Assembly: GCA_965200785.1 (NCBI GenBank)
Contig: CBDAVA010000003.1
Span: 1,978,241 to 2,042,240 of the forward strand
Reading direction: 5' to 3'
DNA from: Alphaproteobacteria bacterium
Lineage (GTDB): Bacteria; Pseudomonadota; Alphaproteobacteria; Bin95
DNA length: 64,000 bases
Under the pieces are notes generated by a model. It saw nothing but the letters and a program-made list of their open reading frames with translations, was not told the DNA's origin and did no database searches. Position numbers and translations under genes: made by a program. Positions 31,553-42,044 of the stretch are shown here, one piece after another. How positions within the stretch are numbered: the stretch's first letter is position 1; every line of letters starts with the position of its first letter.

Positions 31553-32008
31553 ATGACGACCGACGAAGCTGATACCGCTGAGATTGGGGAGGTGCTGGCG
31601 ACGATTCCGCACCGGTATCCCTTTTTGATGATCGACCGCGTCACCGAAATCCGGTTGGGGGAAAGCGCGGTCGGCATCAAGAATGTCTCCATCAATGAAG
31701 CCCACTTTCAGGGACATTTTCCCTCGCAGCCGATCATGCCGGGTGTGCTGCTGGTCGAGGCAATGGCGCAGACCGCCGCCGTGCTGGTGGTGAAGACGAT
31801 GGGCGAGCATGTGCGGGGCAAGCTCGTCTATTTCATGACGATCGACAATGCGCGCTTCCGCCGGCCGGTCGTGCCGGGAGACCAGGTGCGGATCGAGGTG
31901 GCGGTCCGCCGCCACCGCGGGGCGGTATGGCGGTTTCGCGGTCAGGCCGTGGTGGACGGCGCCCTGGCGGCGGAAGCCGAATACAGCGCAATGATCCAGG
32001 GATTGTGA
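31553..32008 (+). CDS. fabZ: 3-hydroxyacyl-ACP dehydratase FabZ
   Basis: HFQGHFPSQPIMPGVL hot-dog active-site motif; 151 aa. Confidence 0.9.
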   Translation: MTTDEADTAEIGEVLATIPHRYPFLMIDRVTEIRLGESAVGIKNVSINEAHFQGHFPSQPIMPGVLLVEAMAQTAAVLVVKTMGEHVRGKLVYFMTIDNARFRRPVVPGDQVRIEVAVRRHRGAVWRFRGQAVVDGALAAEAEYSAMIQGL

Positions 32009-32817
32009 TGGGACGTTCTGTCCATGCCAGCGCGGTCGTCGAGGACGGAGCGATACTCGGGGACGGTGTCCAGATCGGTCCATTCTGCCATATCGGCGAA
32101 GATGTTCGCATCGGCGACGGCTGCCAGCTCCATGCGCATGTTGTGGTGGCCGGGCGGACGGAGATCGGTCCGCGCACGCGGATATTCCCGTTCGCGTCCA
32201 TCGGCCATCCGCCGCAGGATCTCAAATATGCCGGCGAACCCTCCACGCTCGAGGTCGGCGCCGACAACATCATCCGCGAACATGTCACCATGAATCCGGG
32301 CACCCGAGGCGGCGGCATGCGCACGGTCATCGGAGACCGGAACCTGTTCATGACGGGCGCGCATGTGGCGCATGACTGCCATGTGGGCAGCGGCTGTGTT
32401 TTTGCAAACAATGCCGCTCTGGGCGGTCACGTCACGGTGGAGAACGGGGCGATTATCGGCGGGCTGGCTGCGGTGCATCAATTCGTGCGAATCGGCGCCT
32501 CTGCGATGATCGGCGGCGTTACCGCTGTGGTGCAGGACGTTATTCCCTACGGCATGGTCGTCGGCGACCGCGGCGCATTGCAGGGCTTGAACTGGATCGG
32601 CCTGAAGCGCGCGGGAACCGACCGCGCAACCCGCAAACTGCTCCGCGCGGCATATCGGCGGCTGTTCGAAAGCGAGGAGGGCTCCCTGAGCGAACGCCTC
32701 GACGCCGTTTCGGCCGACTACGGGCAGGAGCCGATGATCCGCTGCATTGTGGAGTTCATGCGCGTCAAGTCGGACCGCGGCCTCTGTCTGCCCGAAGGCG
32801 CCGGGCATGACGGCTAA
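32008..32817 (+). CDS. lpxA: acyl-ACP--UDP-GlcNAc O-acyltransferase LpxA
   Basis: Left-handed beta-helix hexapeptide repeats. The ATG at 32008 overlaps the fabZ stop. Confidence 0.9.
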   Translation: MGRSVHASAVVEDGAILGDGVQIGPFCHIGEDVRIGDGCQLHAHVVVAGRTEIGPRTRIFPFASIGHPPQDLKYAGEPSTLEVGADNIIREHVTMNPGTRGGGMRTVIGDRNLFMTGAHVAHDCHVGSGCVFANNAALGGHVTVENGAIIGGLAAVHQFVRIGASAMIGGVTAVVQDVIPYGMVVGDRGALQGLNWIGLKRAGTDRATRKLLRAAYRRLFESEEGSLSERLDAVSADYGQEPMIRCIVEFMRVKSDRGLCLPEGAGHDG

Positions 32818-33649
32818 GCTGGCAATCGTCGCTGGCGGCGGGTCGCTGCCGGTCGCCCTGGCCGAGGCCTGCCGGGAAGGCGGGCGGCCATATTGCATGG
32901 TGGCGCTGGAAGGATTCGCCGATGCGGCCGGGTTGAGCGGCCATCCGCATCGCTGGGCCCGGCTGGGGGCCGTCGGGCGCGTGCTGGCATTGATCCGGGA
33001 GGAAATGGCGGCCGAGGTCGTGTTCGCAGGCCATATCCGCCGGCCGTCCCTGGCGTCGCTTCGGCCAGATCTCTTCACAGCCCGCCTGCTCGCCAGGACC
33101 GGCGGCAGGAGGCTGGGCGACGACGGGCTGATGCGCTGCATAGCCCAGGCGTTCGAAGCGGAAGGGCTGCGGGTGGTCGGCGTGCCTTCCGTGCTGTCCG
33201 ATGTGCTGGCCGCGGAGGGGCCCTTCGGCGCGCTGGCACCCGATGACACGGCCCTTGGCGACATACAGCGCGGCATCGAGGTGGCCGAGGCGCTCGGCCG
33301 CGCCGACGCCGGCCAGGCGGTGGTCGTGCAGCAGGGCGTCGTGCTGGCGATCGAGGCGGCGGAGGGCACGGACCGGATGGTGCAGCGCGCCGGCAGCCTG
33401 CGGCGCGCGGGGCCCGGCGGCGTGCTGGTAAAGATGGCAAAGCCCCAGCAGGACAGGCGTCTGGACCTTCCGGTGGTCGGCCTGGAAACCGTGAACGCCG
33501 CCGCCGCCGCCGGTCTCCGCGGCATCGTCGTCGAAGCCGGCGGCGTGCTGATCCTGGACCGGGAGGCGTCGATAAGCCGGGCCGATGAGCGGGGCCTGTT
33601 CATCGCCGGTGCGAAGCCCGGCTCCAGGGCTCCGCACCAGCAGCGTTGA
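32807..33649 (+). CDS. lpxI: UDP-2,3-diacylglucosamine pyrophosphatase LpxI (DUF1009)
   Basis: MTAKLAIVAGGGSLP N-terminus with LpxI family architecture. It overlaps the lpxA stop. Confidence 0.75.
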   Translation: MTAKLAIVAGGGSLPVALAEACREGGRPYCMVALEGFADAAGLSGHPHRWARLGAVGRVLALIREEMAAEVVFAGHIRRPSLASLRPDLFTARLLARTGGRRLGDDGLMRCIAQAFEAEGLRVVGVPSVLSDVLAAEGPFGALAPDDTALGDIQRGIEVAEALGRADAGQAVVVQQGVVLAIEAAEGTDRMVQRAGSLRRAGPGGVLVKMAKPQQDRRLDLPVVGLETVNAAAAAGLRGIVVEAGGVLILDREASISRADERGLFIAGAKPGSRAPHQQR

Positions 33650-33653
33650 CGCC

Positions 33654-34040
33654 CTAGACAGGCGTGAAGCAGGGAACCTTCTGGCCGTTCTCCGCTTCGA
33701 CGAAGACCGCCTTCACCTTCATGCCGATGGACAGGCTGTCGAAGTCGCAATCGACGAAGTTCGTCATCAGCGTCACCCCTTCATCCAGCCGGACATAGCC
33801 GATGGCATATTGGGGATTGGCCCGGCGCATCACCGAATAGGTATAGATTTCGCCGGTTCCCGCAGCTTCGACCATCTCGACATTCCCGGACAAGGTGAAC
33901 GGACTCACCTTGCGCGGATACCAGAAGACCTGCCCGGTATCCCCGCAGCGCGGCAGCATGAGCTTGCCGTCATTGCAGGCATCCCAGAAGTCCTGGACTT
34001 CGACATTGGTCGGCGGCGCCGGAATACTGCGTGCGCTCAT
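33654..34040 (-). CDS. DUF35 OB-fold / Zn-ribbon protein (thiolase partner)
   Basis: MSARSIPAPPTNVEVQDFWDACNDGKLMLPRCGDTGQVFWYPR is a ChsH2/SCP2-partner type. It is co-oriented with and immediately downstream of a thiolase-like gene. Confidence 0.65.
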   Translation of the reverse strand: MSARSIPAPPTNVEVQDFWDACNDGKLMLPRCGDTGQVFWYPRKVSPFTLSGNVEMVEAAGTGEIYTYSVMRRANPQYAIGYVRLDEGVTLMTNFVDCDFDSLSIGMKVKAVFVEAENGQKVPCFTPV

Positions 34041-35215
34041 GCGTCCGCCCTCCCGAGAATGGTTGTCGAACTGCCCATGCGGGTGCCGAGGGAACCGCCG
34101 GTGCCATGGGCCAGGGCAAGCCGGCAATCCTGCACCTGAACCGCAGGATGCGCCTCGCCGCGCAATTGCCGCACGGCTTCCAGAACCTTGGTCAGCCCGC
34201 CCCTGTTCATCGGGTGGTTGTTGCACAGGCCGCCGCCGTCGGTGTTGAACGGCAGCTTGCCGGTTCCGGAAATCAGGTTGCCGTCCGAGACAAACGCGCC
34301 GCCCTTGCCCTTCTCGCAAAAGCCGAGATCTTCGAGCGTCTCCAGCACGGTGATGGTGAAGCTGTCATAGATCGACGCATAGTCGATGTCGCCGGGCGCC
34401 ACCCCGGCCTCCTCGAAGGCCTGCGGGCCGGACCAGCGCGCGCCGGTATAGGTCAGGTCCACCTGGCCGGACATCAGATTCTTCGGCGCTTCTCCGCAGC
34501 CGAGAACCTTGACGCAGTTGCGCTCGAGGGAGGCGGCAATCTCGGGCGCCACCACCAGAAATGCGCCGCCGCCGTCGGAAATCACGCAGCAGTCGAGCCG
34601 GTGGAGCGGGTCGGAGATCATCGGCGAGTTCACGACCTCGTCCACCGTCACCACCTTGCGCAGCATGGCGTGTTCATTGTGCTGCGCATGGTGGGACGCG
34701 GCCACCTTGATCCATGCCAGTTGTTCGCTGGTGGTGCCGAATTCGTGCATATGCCGCCTTGCGGCCATCGCATACATGTTCACCACGGTCGGGCCGTAGA
34801 TGAACTCGAAAGGCACATCCGGCGACGCATCGCCGTAATTGCGCGGTGCGGTGCCGGTCGCCATCCCGTCTGCGCGCGGGCGTCCGGCCAGCGTAATCAG
34901 AGCGACCTTGCACTTGCCTGCCGCGATCGCCTGCGCGGCATGGCCGACATGGACGACATAGGACGAACCGCCGACTTCCGTCGCATCCATATGGCGCACA
35001 TTCCGCAGGCCCATATATTCGATCATCGACAGCGGGCCGAGGCCCGGCGCATCGCCGGCGCAGTAATACGCATCGACATCCTCGATCGACAGGCCGGCGT
35101 CATCGAGCGCGCCCCTGGCGCTCTCTGCGTGAAGCTGGGCGACCGACTTGTCGACCGCCTTGCGGGTAGGGTGTTCGTAGATCCCCGCGATAAAGGCTTT
35201 GCCCCTTGTGTGCAT
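34037..35215 (-). CDS. thiolase-like protein (SCP-x / lipid-transfer-protein type)
   Basis: Thiolase fold, 392 aa, with the catalytic Cys region (VGGSSYVV...) and the typical pairing with DUF35. Confidence 0.75.
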   Translation of the reverse strand: MHTRGKAFIAGIYEHPTRKAVDKSVAQLHAESARGALDDAGLSIEDVDAYYCAGDAPGLGPLSMIEYMGLRNVRHMDATEVGGSSYVVHVGHAAQAIAAGKCKVALITLAGRPRADGMATGTAPRNYGDASPDVPFEFIYGPTVVNMYAMAARRHMHEFGTTSEQLAWIKVAASHHAQHNEHAMLRKVVTVDEVVNSPMISDPLHRLDCCVISDGGGAFLVVAPEIAASLERNCVKVLGCGEAPKNLMSGQVDLTYTGARWSGPQAFEEAGVAPGDIDYASIYDSFTITVLETLEDLGFCEKGKGGAFVSDGNLISGTGKLPFNTDGGGLCNNHPMNRGGLTKVLEAVRQLRGEAHPAVQVQDCRLALAHGTGGSLGTRMGSSTTILGRADA

Positions 35216-35284
35216 GCGTGGTTCCGTGGTTGGGGGAAGGAATCCGGGTGAGAGGCGCCAGCCTAAGCGGCCGGCTCCCCGCGC

Positions 35285-36379
35285 TCAAGGCACGATGCGC
35301 CGCCGGCGGAGTTGCCGGAGCAGATCGACCAGCATGTCCTCGCTGTCGATGCAGTCCTGAAAGCCGTGTTGCCGCGCCTTGATGGTGCTGACAATGGCCG
35401 GATTGGCGCGCTGGCCGTAGCCGAAGATGAAGTCCGCGAACTGCCAGGAGGGCACGAGCCGGCGCAGCGGATAGGGCTGCAGCCGGTGGCGGGCGGTCAT
35501 GGACTCCCAGAGCGGACCCTTGTCGGCCATCACCCGGCGCAGAGAGCAGGGAAACGGCTGCCCCAGCGGCATCTCGAACACCTCGGCGACGCGGGGCCAG
35601 AGATTGTGCCAGATGTAGCAATCGCCGTTTGCGATATTGAAAGCCTCGCCGCCGGCCGAGGGGGTGCGCCCCGCCCAGTCCGCGGCGCGAGCGAGCAGAC
35701 GCGCATCGGTTGCCTCCTGGATGCGCGGCTCGCCGCCCGGGAAACGCAGGGGCATCCCCAGCTCCCGCGACAGCGCCGCATAGGCGGCCACGCAGGCGAG
35801 CGCATTCATGTTGGAGCCGACCGCGATGCCGAAGACGATCTGCGGGCGCAGGATAGTCCATGTCCAGCCCGCGCCGGCGGCCCGGTCCGCCAGCCAGTCT
35901 TCCTGGTCGTGATAGAAGTTCGGCCCCCAATAGCGCGGCTCCCGCTCCTTCGCCGGCGTCTTGAACGGCCCGTGATGGGCGCCATAGGCCTTGGTGCCCT
36001 GCAGCAGCGTCACATGCCGGAGGCAGGGCGACGACGTCTCCACGGCCTCGACGGCATTGCGCAGCATGGCGAGATTGGTTTCGGCATGGTCCGGGTCCCG
36101 CCAGCCGCTGGCGACATCGGGTTTCTCATGGACCGCTGCAAAGACGAGGTGGGTGATGTCCCGGATATCCGCGAGCCCTGCCTCACAGGCTGCCCGATCC
36201 TGTAAATCGACCGCGCGGAATGCGGCGCCGGTCGGGAAATCGGGAGGCCGCCTGGAAAGGCCGACCACCTGCCAGCCGGGCAGGGAATCGAAATGCTCCA
36301 CCATCGCGCGCCCGACGGTTCCCGACGCGCCGCAAACGAGCACCTTGCCGGAGGCGGCCTCTCCCATATCGCCTGTCAT
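35285..36379 (-). CDS. NAD(P)-dependent epimerase/dehydratase family protein
   Basis: N-terminal GASGTVG Rossmann motif; 364 aa. Confidence 0.65.
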   Translation of the reverse strand: MTGDMGEAASGKVLVCGASGTVGRAMVEHFDSLPGWQVVGLSRRPPDFPTGAAFRAVDLQDRAACEAGLADIRDITHLVFAAVHEKPDVASGWRDPDHAETNLAMLRNAVEAVETSSPCLRHVTLLQGTKAYGAHHGPFKTPAKEREPRYWGPNFYHDQEDWLADRAAGAGWTWTILRPQIVFGIAVGSNMNALACVAAYAALSRELGMPLRFPGGEPRIQEATDARLLARAADWAGRTPSAGGEAFNIANGDCYIWHNLWPRVAEVFEMPLGQPFPCSLRRVMADKGPLWESMTARHRLQPYPLRRLVPSWQFADFIFGYGQRANPAIVSTIKARQHGFQDCIDSEDMLVDLLRQLRRRRIVP

Positions 36380-36403
36380 TGGCCTGCGGCCCGGCAGGAA
36401 ACG

Positions 36404-36826
36404 CTATACGACGATGTCCTTCGCGTATTCCTCAACCGCCTGCCGCGTCACTTCCATGAATTTCTTGGTGCCGAGAACAATAGCCTTTCTCGATACGCCG
36501 CCATTCAAAAAGATATAGTAGTCGCACAACAGAAGGTCGGAATCCTTGGTCACGGCCGCCCTGGTGATGATGTATCGGTCGTTTATCCTGTTAACGCATT
36601 CCAGCTTCTCCTGGAGAGAAACGCTTTCCTTCAAGGGAAAAAGAACCGCCAGGTGAATGGAATCCTGCGATCTCGGCAATGTGGCGATGCATTTCAGGCC
36701 GCTGTCGGTGATGACGGAATCACCGTCGCTGTCCTGCACGCACTCCATATAGGCGCCGTCGTAAAGCGCATGCAGGAAATCGCGATTCAGTATCTCGGGC
36801 GTGACCAGATCGTCAAACATCGCCAT
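36404..36826 (-). CDS. hypothetical protein, possibly YbjN-like (T3SS-chaperone-like fold); low-GC
   Basis: The ORF runs to 36976, but the likely start is MAMFDDL at 36826, giving 141 aa. Local GC is about 50% versus about 68% in the flanks. Confidence 0.4.
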   Translation of the reverse strand: MAMFDDLVTPEILNRDFLHALYDGAYMECVQDSDGDSVITDSGLKCIATLPRSQDSIHLAVLFPLKESVSLQEKLECVNRINDRYIITRAAVTKDSDLLLCDYYIFLNGGVSRKAIVLGTKKFMEVTRQAVEEYAKDIVV

Positions 36827-36993
36827 CGTTCCGGACCCTGTCTCTTCTGCCGTCTGCCGGAATCGGACTGTAGGCGAATGGCCGGCCCGGTTCAAGGTCG
36901 GGCGGCCCGGCCGGGGCGGCGAAAAGGGGCGCCCGGAGATACCAGCCAATATCCAGATGGTGTCTCGGTTCAACATTTGGGCTCGCTGCGGCG

Positions 36994-37028
36994 TTCATCC
37001 GTCACCCCGGTTCATCCGTCACCCCCGG
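36994..37028. repeat. tandem direct repeat GTTCATCCGTCACCCC(C)G x2 in a divergent intergenic region
   Basis: Seen directly in the sequence, upstream of the TAXI-TRAP substrate-binding gene. Confidence 0.6.
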
Positions 37029-37223
37029 AGGCGGGGGTAACAGGAGAGAGCGGGGCCCCCTTGCAGGCACTGTCCTTGCCTGCCGCCCGCGGCACGGTTG
37101 CAGCAACCGCCTGCGGCCAGGAAGCCGAATGTGAAACCGAGACACGACCAATATTCAACGGTGCTTGTGGAAACGGCCGGGAAGCGACAAGATAGGCTGA
37201 GGAGTGACAAGGGAGGAACTTCC

Positions 37224-38381
37224 ATGCGTTTGGGTATCTTCACAGCGGTGGCTGCGGCCGCCGTAGCGGCGGCGCCGGCTCTCGCGGCCGAGCTGCCCTC
37301 AACCGTGACGCTCACGGCCTACGGCACCACATCCTCGGGTTACGCCCAGTCCATCGCCATCGGCGCCATGCTGAAGCAGAAGCACAATGTCGAACTGCGC
37401 GTGATTCCAGGCAAGAACGACGTCTCGCGCATGATCCCGGTGAAGAAGAAACGCGCGCATATCTGCGCCTGCGGCATTTCTTCCTACTTCAACCAGGAAG
37501 GCGTGTTCATGTTCGGCTCTAAGGATTGGGGGCCGATGCCGATCCGCAACCTCTATAACAATGCCAAGGGGCCGCACGGCCTGATGCCGGCGATCGCGGG
37601 CGATGCGGGGATCAAGACGGCCGCCGACCTGAAGGGCAAGAAGATGGCCTTCATCAAGGGCTCGCCGGCGCTCAACACCAACCTTAGGGCGCTGATGGCC
37701 TTTGGCGGCGTCACCGATGACGATGTCACCATCGTCGAGTTTCCGGGCTGGAAGCAGGCCGTGGACGGCGTGATCGGCGGCCAGGCGGACGCGGTGATGG
37801 TCTCGACCATGTCACCGCATGTCAATCGCCTCATGGCTTCGCCGCGGGGCAATTGGTGGATCCAGCTGCCGCCGGACGACACGGAAGCCTGGGCGCGGGC
37901 CAAGGCGGTTGCGCCGTTCTGGAACCCCAACAAGGTCACGCTCGGCATCGGCCTTGAGAACAACGTCACCGGCAAGCCGGAGGTGGACGGTCAGATCTAT
38001 CCGTATCCGATCGTCGTCGGCCTGGCGGGCGACCTCGGCGAAGACTTCAGCTACGCCATGACCAAGGCCGTCATGGAGGGGTATGACGGTTTCAAGACGC
38101 TGAAAGGCACGGCGGGCTACCAGCTTTCCGAGCAGAACCTGCAATGGGTCTTCCCCTATGCGGCCGGCTCGATCCGCTATTACAAGGAAGCGGGCGCCTG
38201 GGGCGCGGAGGAAGAGGCGCACAACAATGCGATGCTGCAGCGCCAGGACGTGCTGATCGGCGCATGGAAGGCGTATCATTCGGCAAATATGGATATGGAA
38301 GACGACGCTTATCTGGCCGGATGGATCAAGGCGCGCGGCGAGGCGTTGAAGGCCGCCGGCATGGAGGCGCCGTTCTCCTGA
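37224..38381 (+). CDS. TAXI-family TRAP transporter substrate-binding protein
   Basis: It has a signal peptide (MRLGIFTAVAAAAVAAAPALA), and a GGGAGG RBS precedes the ATG at 37224. The immobilized-antigen (TAXI) fold is paired with a fused TRAP permease downstream. Confidence 0.75.
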   Translation: MRLGIFTAVAAAAVAAAPALAAELPSTVTLTAYGTTSSGYAQSIAIGAMLKQKHNVELRVIPGKNDVSRMIPVKKKRAHICACGISSYFNQEGVFMFGSKDWGPMPIRNLYNNAKGPHGLMPAIAGDAGIKTAADLKGKKMAFIKGSPALNTNLRALMAFGGVTDDDVTIVEFPGWKQAVDGVIGGQADAVMVSTMSPHVNRLMASPRGNWWIQLPPDDTEAWARAKAVAPFWNPNKVTLGIGLENNVTGKPEVDGQIYPYPIVVGLAGDLGEDFSYAMTKAVMEGYDGFKTLKGTAGYQLSEQNLQWVFPYAAGSIRYYKEAGAWGAEEEAHNNAMLQRQDVLIGAWKAYHSANMDMEDDAYLAGWIKARGEALKAAGMEAPFS

Positions 38382-38468
38382 TCGTCCGACCGGCCCCGGC
38401 GGCGCGGACGCCGTCGCCGGGAGCCTGAAAGGCTCGGACCCGCCGTTCCCTGCGGCGGGTCCGTTCGT

Positions 38469-40538
38469 TTGCAAGAACCCCTATCCAAGATATCGAGGCG
38501 CAGGCACATGGCTCAGTCCGGCGAAAAGGCGGCGCTCAGCCGTAAGGCGGAAGAAGCGGTCGAACAGGCGGAGGCGTCCGTCAGCCGCCACCGGGAGCTG
38601 GGACCGGTCTGGATGACGCTGCTGGTGACAGCGTCGAGCCTTTCCGTGCTCGCCTCCATCTATTTCATCTTCAACATCCACTTGATGATCGACGTCAAGA
38701 TTTTCGGCGAGGAGACCGAATACTACTATTTCATGTTCGCGATGCTGCTGCCCCTGGTGTTCCTGCTCTATCCGCCGTGGAAGGGCGTCGGGCCGATGGA
38801 CCGGGTGCCTTGGTACGACATGCTGCTCGCGCTGACGGTCTTTACCGTCTCGATTCTGTTTGCGGCGCATGGCGAAGAGAACCTGGAACAGGGCTGGGAA
38901 TATGACGCGCCGGAATGGGCGGTCTATGCCTCCTATTTCATGTGGCTGATGGTGCTGGAGGCGACCCGCAGGGCCGGGGGCCTGCCGATCTTCTTTATCT
39001 GCCTTGTCGTGTCGCTCTATCCGGCGCTTGCGGAATACGCGCCGGGCTTCCTCCGGGGCCAGGCCGAATCCATGGCGGTGACCGCGAGCTTCCATATGTT
39101 CGGCACGGAAAGCGTCATGGGCATTCCCATGCGCGCATTCGCCTCTCTGGTGGTCGGCTTCCTGATTTTCGGCGTCGCCCTGCAATTCACCGGTGGCGGG
39201 GCTTTCTTCCTGAACCTCGCCTTCGCCCTGCTGGGGCGCTACCGCGGCGGACCGGCCAAGGTCGCCATCTTCTCCTCCGGCCTGATGGGATCCATGAGCG
39301 GGTCCGTCATCACCAATGTGCTCACCACCGGCGCGCTGTCGATTCCGGCCATGAAACGGGTCGGCTTCCGACCGGCCTATGCCGGCGGCGTCGAGGCCTG
39401 CGCATCGACAGGCGGCGTGTTGATGCCGCCGGTCATGGGCGCCACGGCCTTCATCATGGCCACATTTCTGGAAATCTCCTATGCGGTGATCCTGGTGGCC
39501 GCGATCATTCCGTCACTGCTGTATTACTTCAGCCTGTTCATGCAGATCGACGCCTATTCCGCGCGGTTCAACCTGACCGGCCTGCCGGAATCCGAAATGC
39601 CGAAGGCGCGGCAGGTCATGCGCGAAGGCTGGCACTTCATCTTCGTCCTGGTGCTGCTGATTGTGATGCTGCTGGTGATGCAGCAGGAGGCGCAGGCGCC
39701 CTATTACGCCGCCGCGCTGCTCATCCTTATCAACCAGGTGCGCGCGCGGGACCGCTGGGGCCTGGAGCGGATCAAGCAGTTCCTCATCGGCATCGCCAAG
39801 CTGTTCACGGAGCTTGCGGGCATTCTGGCCGGCGTCGGCCTCATCATCGGCGCGCTGATGCTGACCGGCAAGGTGGGCAATCTCTCGCTCGAGCTTGTCA
39901 GCCTCGCCGGTGATTCGATCTTCGTGCTGCTGGTGATGGGCGCGTTGACCAGCTTCATCCTCGGCATGGGCATGACGGTGACGGCGGCCTATCTCTTCCT
40001 GGCGATCGCTCTGGCTCCGGCGCTGACGGCCAGCGGGCGGCTCGATCTGCTCGCCGTGCATCTCTACATGATGTATTGGGGCATGATCTCCTACATAACG
40101 CCGCCGGTTGCTCTCGGCGCCTTCGCGGCGGCCACGGTCGCCCGCGCCAATCCCATCACCACGGGTTTCGAGGCCATGCGGCTCGGCGCCATCATCTACT
40201 TCGTGCCGTTCTTCTTCGTGCTGAACCCGGCCCTGATCGGGCACGGCTCAACCGGAGAGGTGATTACCGTGTGCGCCCTGGCCTTCGCCGGTGTCGTGCT
40301 CATTTCCGGCTCGCTTCAGGGTTATCTGGTCGGCATCGGCCAGCTTGCCGGCAACCCGTTTGCAGCATGGCCGATACGCATCGCACTGCTGCTCTCGGGC
40401 CTGCTGCTTGCCTTGCCGGGCGGCGAGCTCACCGGCTATTCGCATACGCAGCTTCTGATCGCTGCGGCGGTGCTGGGCGCTCCAGCAGCGGCGGCGGCCT
40501 GGCTGATGAACCGGGGGAGGGCGGCAAGAGCGGTCTAG
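38469..40538 (+). CDS. TRAP transporter fused DctQ/DctM-type permease (TAXI-associated)
   Basis: 689 aa, polytopic membrane protein. The true start may be MAQSGEK at 38508. Confidence 0.75.
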   Translation: MQEPLSKISRRRHMAQSGEKAALSRKAEEAVEQAEASVSRHRELGPVWMTLLVTASSLSVLASIYFIFNIHLMIDVKIFGEETEYYYFMFAMLLPLVFLLYPPWKGVGPMDRVPWYDMLLALTVFTVSILFAAHGEENLEQGWEYDAPEWAVYASYFMWLMVLEATRRAGGLPIFFICLVVSLYPALAEYAPGFLRGQAESMAVTASFHMFGTESVMGIPMRAFASLVVGFLIFGVALQFTGGGAFFLNLAFALLGRYRGGPAKVAIFSSGLMGSMSGSVITNVLTTGALSIPAMKRVGFRPAYAGGVEACASTGGVLMPPVMGATAFIMATFLEISYAVILVAAIIPSLLYYFSLFMQIDAYSARFNLTGLPESEMPKARQVMREGWHFIFVLVLLIVMLLVMQQEAQAPYYAAALLILINQVRARDRWGLERIKQFLIGIAKLFTELAGILAGVGLIIGALMLTGKVGNLSLELVSLAGDSIFVLLVMGALTSFILGMGMTVTAAYLFLAIALAPALTASGRLDLLAVHLYMMYWGMISYITPPVALGAFAAATVARANPITTGFEAMRLGAIIYFVPFFFVLNPALIGHGSTGEVITVCALAFAGVVLISGSLQGYLVGIGQLAGNPFAAWPIRIALLLSGLLLALPGGELTGYSHTQLLIAAAVLGAPAAAAAWLMNRGRAARAV

Positions 40539-40602
40539 CGCTGGCGGCGTGCAGGCTTCCTGTGCTTCATGGACGGGATGAACGCAACCCCCGGTCTGTC
40601 CG

Positions 40603-42018
40603 ATGACCGGTGAGCTCGGCTGGTTGACCGCCGGAGAGCTTCGCGCCGCTTATGCGGCGGGCAGTCTGTCTCCGCGGGAGGTCTGCGCCGCGGTCCTGGA
40701 GCGGGCGGAGCGGCTGAATCCGACATTGCGCGCCTTCCTCAGTTACATGGGCGAAGCGGCAATGGGGCAGGCGGCAGCCGCCGAGAGCGAGTGGGGAAAG
40801 CGGCGGCGGCAGGGCGAAACGCTGGATGCGCCGCTGTTGCTTGGGGTGCCGGTGTCGATAAAGGATGCGGTGGATGTCGCCGGCGTTCCGACGACGATGG
40901 GGTCGTTGCTGACGGAGACAGCACCGGCGGCGGCGGACGAGCCGTTTGTGGCGCGCCTGCGGGCAGCCGGCGCGGTGTTCATCGGAAAGACGAACACCTC
41001 GGAATTCGGGCTCGCTGCGCAGACGGCGAACCGGCTGGGCGAGCCATGCGTGAACCCATGGAATCCGGCGCGCACGGCCGGCGGGTCGAGCGGCGGCGCG
41101 GCGGCGGCCTGCGCGGCCGGACTGGGGCCGCTGCATCACGGCTCCGACGGAGGCGGTTCGGTGAGAATCCCGGCGGCCTATTGCGGCGTGGTGGGGTTGA
41201 AACCGACCACGCAAAGGCGCGCCCGCCGGAGGCGCGGTGCGGGCATATCGCAGTTCGAGACGGACGGCGCGCTGGCGCGGACGGTGAAGGACGCCGCGCT
41301 CTTGCTGTCGGCGATGTCCGATCCCCGGCCCCGGCGGGAGCGGGGCGGCCAGCCCGGGCTGACGTCCTGGGCGGTTGCCGGCAGCTTGCGCGGGCTGACT
41401 CTGGGCGCGCCGCCGGAGCTGGCCTCGACAGCCGTGGCCGAGGGCGTCGGAAGGGCCGTGGAGGCGCTTCGGCGCGCCGGAGCCGCAGTGACAGACGAGA
41501 CGCCGGAAACGCCGGAGCCATGCGCGCTGCTGTCCACGGTGACGGTCGCCGGCGCAGTGGCCGATTACGGGGCGTTGGCGGCGCATCGCCTGGAGGACGC
41601 ATCCGACTATTTGCGGCGTATTCTGACACGCGGAGCCGCGCTGACGGGCGCCCGGGTCGCGGCGGCCTATGCGGAGATCGACCGGCTGGCGCTGTCGATG
41701 GAAGCGTTTTTCGAACACCATGACGGGCTGGTGCTGCCGACCACGGCGACCGCAGCGCCTGTCAACGGCCTGCGCGTGGAGCAGGCCGGCGGGGAATCAA
41801 TCAATCCATCGCTGGTTTCCACATTGCATACGCCGTTGGCCAATCTGTTTCACGCGCCGGCCATCGCCGTGCCAACGGGATTTGACGGCAATGGACTGCC
41901 GGTATCGGTGCAGATAATGGCGCGGCCGGGCGGTGAGGCGGTGGTGCTGCGTTGCGCAGCGGTGCTGGAGCAGGCCTTTCCCTGGCGCCGTCGCCGCCCG
42001 GCGATTGCTGTGCCGTAA
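40603..42018 (+). CDS. amidase-signature family enzyme (GatA-like amidase)
   Basis: GKTNTSEFGL....GGSSGG amidase signature; Ser-cisSer-Lys triad context; 471 aa. Confidence 0.8.
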   Translation: MTGELGWLTAGELRAAYAAGSLSPREVCAAVLERAERLNPTLRAFLSYMGEAAMGQAAAAESEWGKRRRQGETLDAPLLLGVPVSIKDAVDVAGVPTTMGSLLTETAPAAADEPFVARLRAAGAVFIGKTNTSEFGLAAQTANRLGEPCVNPWNPARTAGGSSGGAAAACAAGLGPLHHGSDGGGSVRIPAAYCGVVGLKPTTQRRARRRRGAGISQFETDGALARTVKDAALLLSAMSDPRPRRERGGQPGLTSWAVAGSLRGLTLGAPPELASTAVAEGVGRAVEALRRAGAAVTDETPETPEPCALLSTVTVAGAVADYGALAAHRLEDASDYLRRILTRGAALTGARVAAAYAEIDRLALSMEAFFEHHDGLVLPTTATAAPVNGLRVEQAGGESINPSLVSTLHTPLANLFHAPAIAVPTGFDGNGLPVSVQIMARPGGEAVVLRCAAVLEQAFPWRRRRPAIAVP

Positions 42019-42044
42019 CCGTCGGGCGGGCCGGGTGCGTTTGC

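Noticed and set aside
31942-33750. 602-aa minus-strand ORF
   Set aside because: It is antisense to lpxA/lpxI and low-complexity Pro/Ala/Arg-rich.
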